DNA of 64,000 bases from an uncultured delta proteobacterium (GCA_963845515.1 CAWJSR010000055.1:96001-160000), one strand, 5' to 3'; positions 41,514-51,345 are shown, numbered from the stretch's first letter. Made by a program: numbers and translations. Notes: generated by a model not told the origin, from the letters alone.

Positions 41514-43405
41514 TCGGTCACCATGGCGGGGAGCGGGATACGTACCTCGACACGCGTCCCCTTGCCAACGGCCGACTCGATCCTGGCCGTCCCGCCCAGG
41601 ATCTCGGCCCGCTCCTTGATCCCGAGGATCCCCCAGTGCTTCCGATCCTCCTCGGACACCGGCGCCGCTGGGTCGAACCCCTGCCCGTCGTCCTCGATCG
41701 AGATGCGCAGGTCCTGGCCGTCCCTGCCCAGCTCCACCAGGACGGCCGACGCCTGCGCGTGGCGCGCGACGTTGCCGAGCGCCTCCTGGACGATCCTGAA
41801 GAGGGCGGTCTCGATCTCGGGTGAGACGCGTGACGCCCCCTCCTCGCACTCGCAGCGGACCGAGACCCCCTTCTTGCGGAGCGCCCGCTCCGCGTACCAC
41901 TCGATGGCGGAGAGGAGCCCCAGGTCGTCGAGCACCGATGGGCGGAGATCGAAGATGAGCCGGTGGACGTCCTCCAGCGTGCTCTTCGCGATCGCCTTCA
42001 CCTCGTCGAGCCGCGGCTGCCCGCCGCCGCGGATCGCCTCGGAGGCCGCGTCGATGCCCATCGCGAGGGCGGCGAGGGACTGGCTCGTCTCGTCGTGCAG
42101 CTCGCGCGCGAGCCGCTTGCGCTCGTCCTCCTGCGCCGTGATCACCTTGCGCAGCAGGTCGCCGCGCATCGCCTCGCGCTCGCGCAGCCGCTCGTTGGCC
42201 TCGGCCAGCGCGTGGGTCCGCTCCTCCACCCGCTCCTCGAGGACCGCGTTCTGGTTGGCCACGCGCAGGATCAGGTCCCGCAGGGACGCGCGCATCCTGT
42301 CGAGCGCCTGCCCCAGCCGCCCGATCTCGTCCTCGCCCAGGTCGGGGATCGCGCGGGAGAGGTCCCCCGCGGAGATCCGCTCCGCCTCCCTCGTGAGGAC
42401 GCTCACCGGCTGGGTCACGCTCCGCGCGGCCCCCCAGGAGAAGACGACCACCATGAAGGCGTAGAGGAGCGTGCCGAGCACGGCCCACGGCACCCCCGCG
42501 TCGAACGGCAGCGCCTCGCGCGCGTCCTGGCGCACGAGCACGCCCCACGGCGCGGCGGCGAGCGGCGCGAAGGCGTAGACCTCCGCCTCCAGCGCCGCCG
42601 GCGCCATCCCCTCGCCCTGCTCGTCGATGGTGCCGTGGCAGCCCCGGCAGCGCCCTGCGGCTGGCTCCTTCTTCCGGACGCGCTCGCCGAACTGCACCTT
42701 GCAGCGGATGGTCCGGCCGATCCTGGACTCGTCGGTGCTGGCGACGATCGTCCCGGCCTCGTCGACGACGTCGGCCGAACCCGTCTCCCCGCGCTCGAGG
42801 AGCCCCAGCACGCTGCTGAAGTCGCGCGTGCCGGGATCGAGGCGCGAGACCGCGACGCCGATGACTTCCCCCTTGTAGCTCCGGAGCGGCACCGCCTCGT
42901 AGATCGCGTGGCCGTGCAGGTGCGGGACCAGGCGCGAGAGGTGCGGGCGGCCGTCGCCGAGCGCGTCGGCGATGTCGTCGATGGCTGCGGCCGGGATGCT
43001 GGCGCCCGAGCCCGCCAGCGCCTCGGCCACCACGTAGCCGGTGTCGTCGAGCAGGTAGACCGGGGCGCGGTGCTGCAGCTGATCCATCGCCCGCGCGACC
43101 GCGCGGTGCTCCTTCTCGCCGGCGGGGTGCGAGAGCTGGCCGCCGGTCGAGGCGGCCAGCTGCTGGAGCACGCGCAGGTCGCCGTTGACCTTCGCGTCCA
43201 GGTCGGCCGCCACGGCCTGCGCAGCCGAGAGCCAGCCCGCGTGGAGCCTGTCCTCCGTGAGGTTGAGCCAGTAGCTCCCGACGACGCCGGCCACGAGCAG
43301 CGGGAAGGCGACGCCGGTCGCCATCAGGAGGTAGACGCGGGGGCGCAGCCCGATTGAGCCGCTCGCCCGAACCCGTGGGGCCGGCTGCGTCGGCGTCTCG
43401 CTCAT
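41510..43405 (-). CDS. Sensor histidine kinase (Cache-like, HAMP, HisKA_3) with periplasmic CxxCH
   Basis: CRGCH in sensor domain; ERKRLARELHD; EALGNVARHA; DDGQGF. Confidence 0.9.
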   Translation of the reverse strand: MSETPTQPAPRVRASGSIGLRPRVYLLMATGVAFPLLVAGVVGSYWLNLTEDRLHAGWLSAAQAVAADLDAKVNGDLRVLQQLAASTGGQLSHPAGEKEHRAVARAMDQLQHRAPVYLLDDTGYVVAEALAGSGASIPAAAIDDIADALGDGRPHLSRLVPHLHGHAIYEAVPLRSYKGEVIGVAVSRLDPGTRDFSSVLGLLERGETGSADVVDEAGTIVASTDESRIGRTIRCKVQFGERVRKKEPAAGRCRGCHGTIDEQGEGMAPAALEAEVYAFAPLAAAPWGVLVRQDAREALPFDAGVPWAVLGTLLYAFMVVVFSWGAARSVTQPVSVLTREAERISAGDLSRAIPDLGEDEIGRLGQALDRMRASLRDLILRVANQNAVLEERVEERTHALAEANERLREREAMRGDLLRKVITAQEDERKRLARELHDETSQSLAALAMGIDAASEAIRGGGQPRLDEVKAIAKSTLEDVHRLIFDLRPSVLDDLGLLSAIEWYAERALRKKGVSVRCECEEGASRVSPEIETALFRIVQEALGNVARHAQASAVLVELGRDGQDLRISIEDDGQGFDPAAPVSEEDRKHWGILGIKERAEILGGTARIESAVGKGTRVEVRIPLPAMVTE

Positions 43406-43981
43406 GGTCCGCTCCCCTCGCGCCGCAGGCCGTGGGCGAGCTTGTGGATCTCGGGCTCTGCGCTGCGCGCGCGGAGCACGACCGGGATCCCGTCGAGCTG
43501 CCACTCGAGCTGCTGCCAGACCGCCCCGTCGACGACGACGCTGAGCATGACCGCGGGGATGTTCCCGACCGTCGTGCGGTTGCGCTTCAGGACGTCCGCC
43601 TTGCCGAGGAGGAGGGGCGAGATGGGCTCGCCGGCCTTCGTCGCCTGGAACACGATGAGGGACGGCAGGCCGTCCTCGGTCGACTTGAAGGTGACCGCGA
43701 CGGAGCCGCCGCGCCCGCCGGCGATGCGGATCCGGTCCGGGGGCCAGGCGAGCCGCCTGGGGAAGTACGCCGGGAGGTAGAGCCGCGCGTCCGCGCGGCG
43801 CGCCGCCTCGTCGATCGTCTCGACCACGCGGACGTGGCGCTCCTCCCCCGCGAGCCAGCCCGGGGGCCCTTCCCAGCACGCCGAGCGTGACCGCCGCCGC
43901 GCCGGCGACCCAGATCAGGATCACGAGCATCTTCAGGAGCTCGACGAGGGTGGCCGTGGGCTCGCGGACTGTCACGGTCAT
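43402..43981 (-). CDS. Hypothetical membrane-anchored protein (frameshift ~43870)
   Basis: ATGA-coupled at both ends; TM then LPAYFP..WPP. Confidence 0.6.
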
Positions 43982-44964
43982 ACGACGAAGTAGAGCACGA
44001 CGGTGAGCGTCGCGGTGGCGAGGGCGAGCCGGACGGCGCCGAACCGGAGCGGCTTCGGCGCCGGCGCCAGGAGGCGGCGGCAGCGGACCTCCAGATCCCG
44101 CGCGTGGGCCTTCTCGATCGGCTCGGTGAGCGCGGCGGCGAACGGGAGGGAGCGCGGGACGGGCGCGAAGCGCGAGGTCGCGCGGTGGAGCTTCAGGAGG
44201 CCGGCGGCGAGCGGCAGCCGGTGGCCGATGGCGGCGGCCGCGCGCTCGTCGGCGACGTGCTCGGCGTCGCGCACGATGACGCGCGAGACGACCTGGAAGG
44301 CAGGGTTGAAGAACATGATCGCGCGCGCCGCCATGATCACCCAGCTCACCGCGGGATCGTGACGCGCGAGGTGGGAGAGCTCGTGCGCGATGGCCGCCTC
44401 CAGCTCCTCGTCGTCGAGCAGCGCCAGCGAGCCGCGGGAGACCACGATCTCCTGGCGCCGCACCCCTGTGCAGAAGAGCATCGGGACGTCGGAGGCGACG
44501 AAGCGGATCGGCGGCGGGCGGACGCCGATCCGGCGCGCCACCGGGAAGAGCGCCGCGTCGAGCCGTGCGACCCCGGCCTCGTCCGCCTTGCCACCGGCGG
44601 GGCGTCCGCGCCGGCGGAAGAGCGGGAGGAAGTCGAGCAGGAAGAGGGCGGTGCCGGCGGCGGCGAACCCGGCGAGCCACCAGGAGTCGAGCCCGATCCC
44701 GAGGAAGCGGAGGTCGCCCCAGGCGTCGGCCGAGAAGATGGCGGTGGAGTCGCGGAAGCTCTCGTCGGCCCGATCGACGCCGAGGACGACGACCGCCGGA
44801 AACAGCACCAGCGGATAGCCCAGGGCGAGGAGCCTCAGGGCGATCCGCTGGCGTGGTTCGGCGACCTGCCACCCCTTCACCAGCGCCTCGATGAAGAGGG
44901 ACGCGACGAGGGAGTGGAAGATCGCCTGCGTGAGGATGTCAGCCCACGTTGCGTCTGCCGTCAT
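43978..44964 (-). CDS. Peptidase M56/M48 (BlaR1-like) membrane zinc protease
   Basis: AIAHELSHLARHD, FFNP, E..ADE. Confidence 0.85.
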   Translation of the reverse strand: MTADATWADILTQAIFHSLVASLFIEALVKGWQVAEPRQRIALRLLALGYPLVLFPAVVVLGVDRADESFRDSTAIFSADAWGDLRFLGIGLDSWWLAGFAAAGTALFLLDFLPLFRRRGRPAGGKADEAGVARLDAALFPVARRIGVRPPPIRFVASDVPMLFCTGVRRQEIVVSRGSLALLDDEELEAAIAHELSHLARHDPAVSWVIMAARAIMFFNPAFQVVSRVIVRDAEHVADERAAAAIGHRLPLAAGLLKLHRATSRFAPVPRSLPFAAALTEPIEKAHARDLEVRCRRLLAPAPKPLRFGAVRLALATATLTVVLYFVV

Positions 44965-45676
44965 GCCCAGGAGCGGCGGCCGCGTGTCCCTCGACGTCGG
45001 GGGGCGTCCCCTCGATCCTGGCGAGCTCCAGGGGGTGCTCGTGCAGCATCCGCTCACGCGAGATCTTACCCGTAAAGATGCCGGCGTCGAAGGGGAAGAC
45101 GTCCGGGTTCAGGTGCGCGTTGAAGATGTGCCAGATGGCGATGACGAAGAAGGCCATCAGCCCTTCGTTCGAGTGGAACACCTTGGCCACCGGGATCACC
45201 TGCCCCGGCAGGATGCTCGCGACCTTGACCGGGAAGTACAGGACGAAGCCGCTCGTGATCATGATGACGTTGCCGAAGACGAGCCCCCAGTACTCGAACT
45301 TCATCTTGTAGTCGTAGCGGTCGTAGTGGGGGTGGTGCTGCGTCATCCCGAGGTAGTAACGGAGCTGCAGGATGGCGTCCTCGAAGTCCTTGCGGCCGGG
45401 GATCATCGACATCGTCGACTTCTTGGCCATGATCGAGGCGATGGCGTTCGCGAAGTGGACCACCGTCGAGAGGGCCAGCAGGAGCCCGCTGATCCGGTGG
45501 ATCAGCCGCGTGGAGCTGATCCCGCCGAACAGGTCGACGAGCCCGTGGGCCCAGCCGGCCTGGTAGAACTTCTGCGGGAGGCCGGTGAGGCAGAGCAGCG
45601 TGAAGAGCAGCATCGTGATCAGGTGCTCGATGCGCTGCTGCAGGTTGAAGCGGACGATGTATGCGTTCGTGCTCAT
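44939..45676 (-). CDS. Diheme cytochrome b subunit (FdnI/CbcB-like)
   Basis: QRIEH..TGLPQKF, IHR, KFEYW, FHSNE, IWHIFNAH, EHPLE. Confidence 0.88.
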   Translation of the reverse strand: MSTNAYIVRFNLQQRIEHLITMLLFTLLCLTGLPQKFYQAGWAHGLVDLFGGISSTRLIHRISGLLLALSTVVHFANAIASIMAKKSTMSMIPGRKDFEDAILQLRYYLGMTQHHPHYDRYDYKMKFEYWGLVFGNVIMITSGFVLYFPVKVASILPGQVIPVAKVFHSNEGLMAFFVIAIWHIFNAHLNPDVFPFDAGIFTGKISRERMLHEHPLELARIEGTPPDVEGHAAAAPGHDGRRNVG

Positions 45677-46713
45677 CGATTCACCACGACGCGCCAGAGG
45701 TGCAGCGCGATCTGAAGGACGAGGCCCCCGACCATGAAGGGGATGAGGATCCGGTAGAAGAGCTGGGCGGCCCAGACGGCCGGCGCCGCCTCGAGCGTCG
45801 GCTGGTAGTGCGACATCCAGGCCTTCGGGAAGCTGGCGCTCGCGCCGGGGTGGCACTTGGCGCAGGTCTTCTGGAGGTTGGCCGCCATCACCTGCGAGTT
45901 CGGATCGTCGCCCTTGCGGATGTCATGGACGCCGTGGCAGTCGGTGCAGACCGCCGCGAGCCGCTCACCGGAGCCCTTGGTGGACTTGTGCTGCAGCGAC
46001 GCCGACATGCCGTGGAAGTCGGCGAGGTAGGTGTCGACCACGTGCGTGGAGAGGCCGTACTTCGTCATCAGCTTCTCGTTGCCGTGGCAGCGGCCGCAGA
46101 TCTCGGGGGTCCGCATCGCGAGGGCGCCCTCGCGCGGATCCGACGTGTCGTGCGCCCTGTGGCAGTCGGTGCAGACCGGGACGTCCGAGGACGACTCGAC
46201 CGCCATCCCGTGGACGCTGGCCGCGTAGACCTTCGCCTCGTCCGGGTGGCAGCGGCTGCACATCTGGGAGATCCGGTTGCGCGGCTGGCCCGGGCGCGAG
46301 ATGTCGTGCGCGCCGTGGCAGTCGACGCAGAGGGCGGCCTTCGTGTTCCCCTTGGACATCAGGGCGTAGTGCACGCCGTCCAGCGTCTTCGTGTAGTTGG
46401 CGAAGTGGCAGCCCTTGCACTGCTCGTAGTAGGCGACCGTCACCTCGCGCTTGTTCTTGAACGGGATCTCGTTGTCGGCGTGATCGTCGTTCTTGTCCGA
46501 GTGGCAGTCGGTGCAGCGCAGCATCTCGCCGTGGACCGACTTCGCGAAGTTCGCCTGATCGACGAAGAGGGAGAGCTTCTCACCCCCCGCGAGGTCGAAC
46601 GACAGCGACTGGTCGGTGTGACACATCAGACAGCCGTCCTGCTCGGCAGGGATGCCAGCCTGTGCCGGCACCGCGCAGAGCGCGAACAGGAGCGCCAATA
46701 GATATCGCTTCAT
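45673..46713 (-). CDS. Nonaheme c-type cytochrome with C-terminal membrane anchor (CbcL/CbcA-like)
   Basis: Signal peptide, 9 CxxCH motifs, C-terminal TM. Confidence 0.9.
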   Translation of the reverse strand: MKRYLLALLFALCAVPAQAGIPAEQDGCLMCHTDQSLSFDLAGGEKLSLFVDQANFAKSVHGEMLRCTDCHSDKNDDHADNEIPFKNKREVTVAYYEQCKGCHFANYTKTLDGVHYALMSKGNTKAALCVDCHGAHDISRPGQPRNRISQMCSRCHPDEAKVYAASVHGMAVESSSDVPVCTDCHRAHDTSDPREGALAMRTPEICGRCHGNEKLMTKYGLSTHVVDTYLADFHGMSASLQHKSTKGSGERLAAVCTDCHGVHDIRKGDDPNSQVMAANLQKTCAKCHPGASASFPKAWMSHYQPTLEAAPAVWAAQLFYRILIPFMVGGLVLQIALHLWRVVVNR

Positions 46714-46981
46714 CGTTGCCCAGCTCCGGGAAGTGTTGGGTTCCTCAGCAGCGCGGAAATAGGGTGAGGACGGCCTCGCCATCTATCAGGGGCGAGGCAG
46801 ACTGTCCAATGTCGAGTTGTCGAAAACCGTCCTATTGACGGCGGGATGCGACGTTTTGGCGCACCCCCTGTGTGCGAATGCGCACAGCCAACCAGAACGC
46901 GTCAAGGCCGCGGATCGGCTCTCCCTGGGAGCCAATCACGCGGCCTTGCTTGGGTATGCAGGAGTATTCGGCTGCCTTCGG

Positions 46982-47686
46982 TCAATTCACCTCGGTGAAG
47001 GAGGCCACCAGCGCGTTCCAGCGCTCCTCGCCCAGGATCCAGGGGGCAGGGTTGATCAGCTCGCCCCCATCGGCCGCGGCGATCCCGAGCTGCTGCTCGA
47101 GCTGGTGATTCCAGCGCTGCGCCTCCTTCGCCATCCAGCCGTCCGCCGCCGCGCCCGCCGGGAAGGCGGTCCACTGGTCGTTCGCCGGCTCGAGCGCGAC
47201 GAGCCAGCCCCTGCCGTAGCCGTCGGACCCGACGAGCGACGGGTCGCGGACGACGGCCGCGTTGACGCCAGCGATCCGCGCGTCGAACGGGGCGCGCACC
47301 GGGAGCTGCCTCCCGCCTCCCCACAGCGTGGCGATCGTCTCGCCGCGCTTCACGCGCGTCCCGGTGCGGACCGCGTCGACTGCCGTCACAGCCGGCAGGA
47401 GCCGTAGCGCGAGGTCGTCGATGCCGACCTCGAGGGCCCCCTCCCCTCGCTGCAGGAGCCAGGTGTGGCCCGGCGCGTACCGCACGCCCGGGCGCACCGA
47501 GACGCCGCCCACCTCGTGGAGCCCCAGCGCCCGGCGGCGCCTGACCCGCACCCGGTTGATCGCCCACCCGATGGCGATCAGCGGGATGGCGATGACGGCG
47601 AGGACTGCGAGGAAGATGCCGACGCGGAACAGCCCTCCGGCCACGAAGACACCGATCTTCTCCAACGTCTCGAGCGCGACCGACAT
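46982..47686 (-). CDS. Membrane-anchored GcvH-like protein lacking the lipoyl lysine
   Basis: GHTW, VGIDD, APFDARIAGVN, YGRGWL; N-terminal TM. Confidence 0.8.
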   Translation of the reverse strand: MSVALETLEKIGVFVAGGLFRVGIFLAVLAVIAIPLIAIGWAINRVRVRRRRALGLHEVGGVSVRPGVRYAPGHTWLLQRGEGALEVGIDDLALRLLPAVTAVDAVRTGTRVKRGETIATLWGGGRQLPVRAPFDARIAGVNAAVVRDPSLVGSDGYGRGWLVALEPANDQWTAFPAGAAADGWMAKEAQRWNHQLEQQLGIAAADGGELINPAPWILGEERWNALVASFTEVN

Positions 47687-47779
47687 GGCAGCCTCCTCGT
47701 CGAGTCACCGGGCGGCCCGGCTGGCCGTTCGCGGACCAGACAGTCCGCCCGGTTCCCTGCGCCTGCCCCTACGGCAGAC

Positions 47780-48124
47780 CTACATGGCGTGACACATCGT
47801 GCAGTCGTCGAGGTTGAAGGCCTGCTTCCCGTGGCACTTGCCGCAGGACTCTCCGGCCTTCATCCGGTCATGGGTGATCGGCGTCGACGGCGTCGAGGCG
47901 CTCTTCCCGAGGATCCTGAAGGTGCCGGCGTGACAGGCGGTGCACGAGCCGGCCGGCTTCGACGTGTCCACGTGCATGTCGTGGTTGAAGGTCACGACCC
48001 CGGGGCTCCCGTCGCCCTGCGGGAGCTTCAGCGCCCCCGGAAGCTTCGGGAGATCGGCGGCCAGCGCCGCACCGCCGATCAGGAGCCCCACCAACACGAC
48101 GCTCATCCGCTTCGCCCAGGTCAT
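47780..48124 (-). CDS. c7-type triheme periplasmic cytochrome
   Basis: VTFNHDMH, CTACH, CGKCH, CTMCH; signal peptide. Confidence 0.9.
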   Translation of the reverse strand: MTWAKRMSVVLVGLLIGGAALAADLPKLPGALKLPQGDGSPGVVTFNHDMHVDTSKPAGSCTACHAGTFRILGKSASTPSTPITHDRMKAGESCGKCHGKQAFNLDDCTMCHAM

Positions 48125-48136
48125 GGCGTCTCTCCG

Positions 48137-48865
48137 TCAGGTCAGGAAGAACTTGCGCGCGAGCTCGGTCCACTGCTCGCCCTCGAGCTCCGGGCCGATG
48201 CCCAGGATCGGCGCACCGCCGTCCTGGAGGACTCGCCCGAGCTCCGGGCTCATCCGCATCGCCAGCGCCTCCGCCGCGTCCTCGAGGAGGCGGCCGGCGG
48301 CGCTGCCGGAGACGAGCTGCCTCAGGTCGTGCGCCAGCCGCGGCGCCTTGACCTTGAAGAGCCAGCCCTTGCCGTACGGCTCCGAGAGCGTCTCGGAGCT
48401 GGCGCGCGCTGCCTCGTTGACGGCGACGACGGTCCCCTCGATGGGCGACAGCATCGGGACGCTGCCGGTGCCGGCGGCCACCTCGAACGCAGGCTCGCCC
48501 TGGGCGACGCGGGCGCCGACGGCAGGGAGGGAGACGCGGGCCGGGCCGACGAACTTCTGGGCGAAGTCGTCCATCCCGACGGTGACGATTCCGTCGTCCT
48601 CCACGCGGGCCCAGGTGTGGCCCGGGTGGAGCTTCACGCCGGCTGGGATGTCGAACCAGCCGAAGGACGGCGCCGTCGCGGCAGGTGCGCGGACCGACTT
48701 CTCGCGGGCCATGGCTGGCGCGCGCGCCGGGACCCGAGCGGTCTCCTCCGCCTTCCTTCCACCCTGGACGTACTTCCAGAAGGGGATGAAGAGGAGCATG
48801 TAGCCGACGCCGAGTCCGTACTCCATCAACTTCGCGGGATAGATGCTGAGCAGGTCGTATGCCAT
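48137..48865 (-). CDS. GcvH-like protein with HmcD-like N-terminal TM, lacking the lipoyl lysine
   Basis: AKLMEY..FIPFWKYV; HPGHTWA, VGMDDFAQK, SPIEGTVVAVN, PYGKGWL. Confidence 0.8.
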   Translation of the reverse strand: MAYDLLSIYPAKLMEYGLGVGYMLLFIPFWKYVQGGRKAEETARVPARAPAMAREKSVRAPAATAPSFGWFDIPAGVKLHPGHTWARVEDDGIVTVGMDDFAQKFVGPARVSLPAVGARVAQGEPAFEVAAGTGSVPMLSPIEGTVVAVNEAARASSETLSEPYGKGWLFKVKAPRLAHDLRQLVSGSAAGRLLEDAAEALAMRMSPELGRVLQDGGAPILGIGPELEGEQWTELARKFFLT

Positions 48866-48874
48866 GGCGTCCTC

Positions 48875-50095
48875 CTAGTGCTCCTGCGGGAATGCCGCGT
48901 CTTCCTTCATGATGGGCATCCGGTTCACGATCCAGCGGAACAGGACGATGAGGAGGGTGACGAGCGTCACCGAGACGAGCAGCTCCTGCCACGACGGGAC
49001 GTACCGGACGGGCTCGTTCCAGTTGAAGGCGATGACCGACATGTTGAGCCGGTTCAGCACGATGCTCAGCACGCCCATCACGCCGCCGACCCGGACGATC
49101 CTCGCGCTGCCGTTGCGGGCGCCGTACGCGAAGATGAGCGCCGGGACCAGGACGAAGCCGACGATCTCGACGAGGTACCAGGCGCCGTAGCCGGTCGCCA
49201 GGTAGCCCCAGGCGTGGCTGTCGACCACGCTCTGCAGCTTGAGGAAGAAGTACGCGAACATCGTGATGGCGGCGGCGCGGCCGAGCCCGACGGTGAGCTT
49301 GTCGAGGTCGAAGTGCGCGCCCTTGATCTGGCTCGCGAAGGCCTTGTGGGAGAGCATGCTCTCCACGATGACCATCGAGAGACCGGCGATGATGGCGCTG
49401 ACGAAGAAGTGGATGAAGACGTAGGGCGTGTACCAGAGCGGGTGGAGCTTGGTCGGTGCGATGAGGAAGAGCGACCCGAGCGCCGACTGGTGCATCGTCG
49501 AGAACATGACCGACAGCACGGTGAGCGCGACGAGGGCCTTCTTCATGACCGAGTGGAGCTTCTTCCAGCCGAGCCACTCGAAGAGCGGGACGGTGAACTC
49601 GAGGGCGAGGACCGTCGAGTAGCACATGACGCACCAGGCGACCTCGTAGAGGACCGACGCCGAGCCGTTGCTCACGAGGGCCATGACGATGTTCCAGGGC
49701 CGGCCGAGATCGGCCAGCAGCCCGACGATGGCCATCACGTAGCCGAGGAAGGCGGTCAGGATCGCCGGCCGCTCGATGGGGTGGTACGCCTTCATGTTGA
49801 AGATCTGGACCGTGGCGCCGATGGTGAAGCCGCCGGCCGCCAGCACGATGCCGGTCATCATGTCGAAGCCGATCCAGAGCCCCCACGGTGCGGTCTGCGA
49901 CAGGTTGGTGACGGCGCCCAGCCCCGCGTAAAATCTGTAGATGAAGACGGGCAGGCCGGCCGCGAGGATGCACCCGATGATCAGGTTGTTCGGCGTGACG
50001 AGCGACTTCAGGTACTCGCGCCCGGACATCCCGAGCAGGATCTTCTGGCGGAAGAAGCCAGGGGCGGTGGCGACCGCAGCGTTCGCGCTAGCCAT
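48875..50095 (-). CDS. NrfD/HybB/HmcC-type membrane quinone oxidoreductase subunit
   Basis: GLGAVTNL..PWGLWIGFD, LAAGGF, DLGRPW, STMHQSALG. Confidence 0.9.
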   Translation of the reverse strand: MASANAAVATAPGFFRQKILLGMSGREYLKSLVTPNNLIIGCILAAGLPVFIYRFYAGLGAVTNLSQTAPWGLWIGFDMMTGIVLAAGGFTIGATVQIFNMKAYHPIERPAILTAFLGYVMAIVGLLADLGRPWNIVMALVSNGSASVLYEVAWCVMCYSTVLALEFTVPLFEWLGWKKLHSVMKKALVALTVLSVMFSTMHQSALGSLFLIAPTKLHPLWYTPYVFIHFFVSAIIAGLSMVIVESMLSHKAFASQIKGAHFDLDKLTVGLGRAAAITMFAYFFLKLQSVVDSHAWGYLATGYGAWYLVEIVGFVLVPALIFAYGARNGSARIVRVGGVMGVLSIVLNRLNMSVIAFNWNEPVRYVPSWQELLVSVTLVTLLIVLFRWIVNRMPIMKEDAAFPQEH

Positions 50096-50987
50096 GGTGT
50101 TCCTCCTTCTCGGCCTTGCCGTGGCCCGTGTCGCCTGAGGACTCTTCCTTCTCCTTGCCGTGGGTCATCGCGTAGATCCCCATCAGGAGCGGCGGCCACA
50201 GGGTCATGACGAACGGCGGAGCGCCGAGCGCGCCGGTGACGAGGTCCGGGTACGCCCGGGTCCCGACGTCGGAGGAGAGGCCGAGCCGCTCGAACGGGAC
50301 GTCGGTCAGGTAGAGCCAGCTCGTGCCGCCGGCCTCCAGCTCCCCGTACAGGTGGTGCACGTAGCGATCGGGGTTCTGGTAGATGCGGGTCTTGGCGACG
50401 TCGATCAGCTCGCTGCGCTTCCCGAAGAGGAGAGCACCGGACGGGCAGACCTCGGCGCAGGCCGGGCCCTTCCCCTCCGCCTGGCGCGCCGCGCAGAAGG
50501 TGCACTTCCGGACGCGGGGCACGTTGCTCTCGTACTCGTACTTCGGGACGTCGAACGGGCAGGCGATCATGCAGTAGCGGCAGCCCATGCAGCGGGACGC
50601 GTCGTAGGTGACCGGCCCCGTGGGCAGCTTGACCATCGCCTGGACCGGGCATGCAGACGCGCACGCGGGGGCCACGCAGTGCATGCACTGGCGCTTCACG
50701 AACCGGTCGACTCCCGGCTCCTTCTCGACGCGGTTGACGACGGTGAAGACCTGCTGCGCCGTGTCCCGCTTCTCGTTGAAGACCGCGTCTCCCTCGGCGG
50801 GCGCCGGAAGGCCGTTGGCCTCCGCGCACGCCGCCTCACAGGCACGGCACCCCACGCAGAGGGTCGTGTCGACGAGTACGCCTGGACCGTCCAGGTTCGC
50901 CTCGGCTGCGCGAGCCTCCGTGGTCAGGAGGCTCGCTCCGGCCGTGGCGCCGGCGATTTTGAAGAACCCTCTGCGGGTGACCTTCAT
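50088..50987 (-). CDS. Tat-exported 4Fe-4S dicluster protein (HybA/HmcB-like)
   Basis: TRRGFF; CVGCRAC, CMHC..PAC..ACP, CMGCRYCMIACP, KCTFC. Confidence 0.92.
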   Translation of the reverse strand: MKVTRRGFFKIAGATAGASLLTTEARAAEANLDGPGVLVDTTLCVGCRACEAACAEANGLPAPAEGDAVFNEKRDTAQQVFTVVNRVEKEPGVDRFVKRQCMHCVAPACASACPVQAMVKLPTGPVTYDASRCMGCRYCMIACPFDVPKYEYESNVPRVRKCTFCAARQAEGKGPACAEVCPSGALLFGKRSELIDVAKTRIYQNPDRYVHHLYGELEAGGTSWLYLTDVPFERLGLSSDVGTRAYPDLVTGALGAPPFVMTLWPPLLMGIYAMTHGKEKEESSGDTGHGKAEKEEHHG

Positions 50988-51016
50988 GGCTGGCTCCGTC
51001 TGGATCGTCCGTGACG

Positions 51017-51091
51017 CTAGCGGGCGGCGACCAGGTTGAGGGTTCCGATGACGACGACGCCGATGAGCGCGATGGCGAATGCGAACATCAT
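51017..51091 (-). CDS. 24-aa hydrophobic small protein
   Basis: MMFAFAIALIGVVVIGTLNLVAAR; ATGA-coupled to upstream gene. Confidence 0.5.
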   Translation of the reverse strand: MMFAFAIALIGVVVIGTLNLVAAR

Positions 51092-51303
51092 GACTGAGCT
51101 CCCTTCACGGTTGAGGTTTCGCTTCCCTCGACCTCGGCCGACTTGCCGCTTCGGGCGAGCGCTTCCCTGTAGAGCGGACAGTCACAGAAGGCATCCGACC
51201 CACAGGAGTTCGCCGTGGTGACTCGATCGACCGGGACGAGCTTCTTCACCGGGTAGGCTCGACAGAAGACCATCGTGACTTCCTTGAGGTAGGGGCAGGT
51301 CAT
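51088..51303 (-). CDS. Small Cys-rich protein (71 aa)
   Basis: MTCPYLKEVTMVFC..SC..FCDCPLY; GGGAG RBS. Confidence 0.7.
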   Translation of the reverse strand: MTCPYLKEVTMVFCRAYPVKKLVPVDRVTTANSCGSDAFCDCPLYREALARSGKSAEVEGSETSTVKGAQS

Positions 51304-51328
51304 TGTCGCGTCTCCCGATGTGGTGAAT

Positions 51329-51345
51329 CGCAAGCCAGAGGCCAG
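51329..51345 (-). promoter_or_regulatory. Putative sigma54 promoter of the redox operon
   Basis: Minus strand CTGGCCTCTGGCTTGCG = TGGC..TTGC with GG-N10-GC; adjacent to a sigma54 activator gene. Confidence 0.7.

Noticed and set aside
46982..48865. Glycine cleavage system
   Set aside because: The H-like proteins lack the lipoyl Lys and are membrane anchored; P, T and L genes are absent from the window.
48875..50987. Hydrogenase-2 (hyb) operon
   Set aside because: No NiFe large or small subunit and no maturation genes are present.
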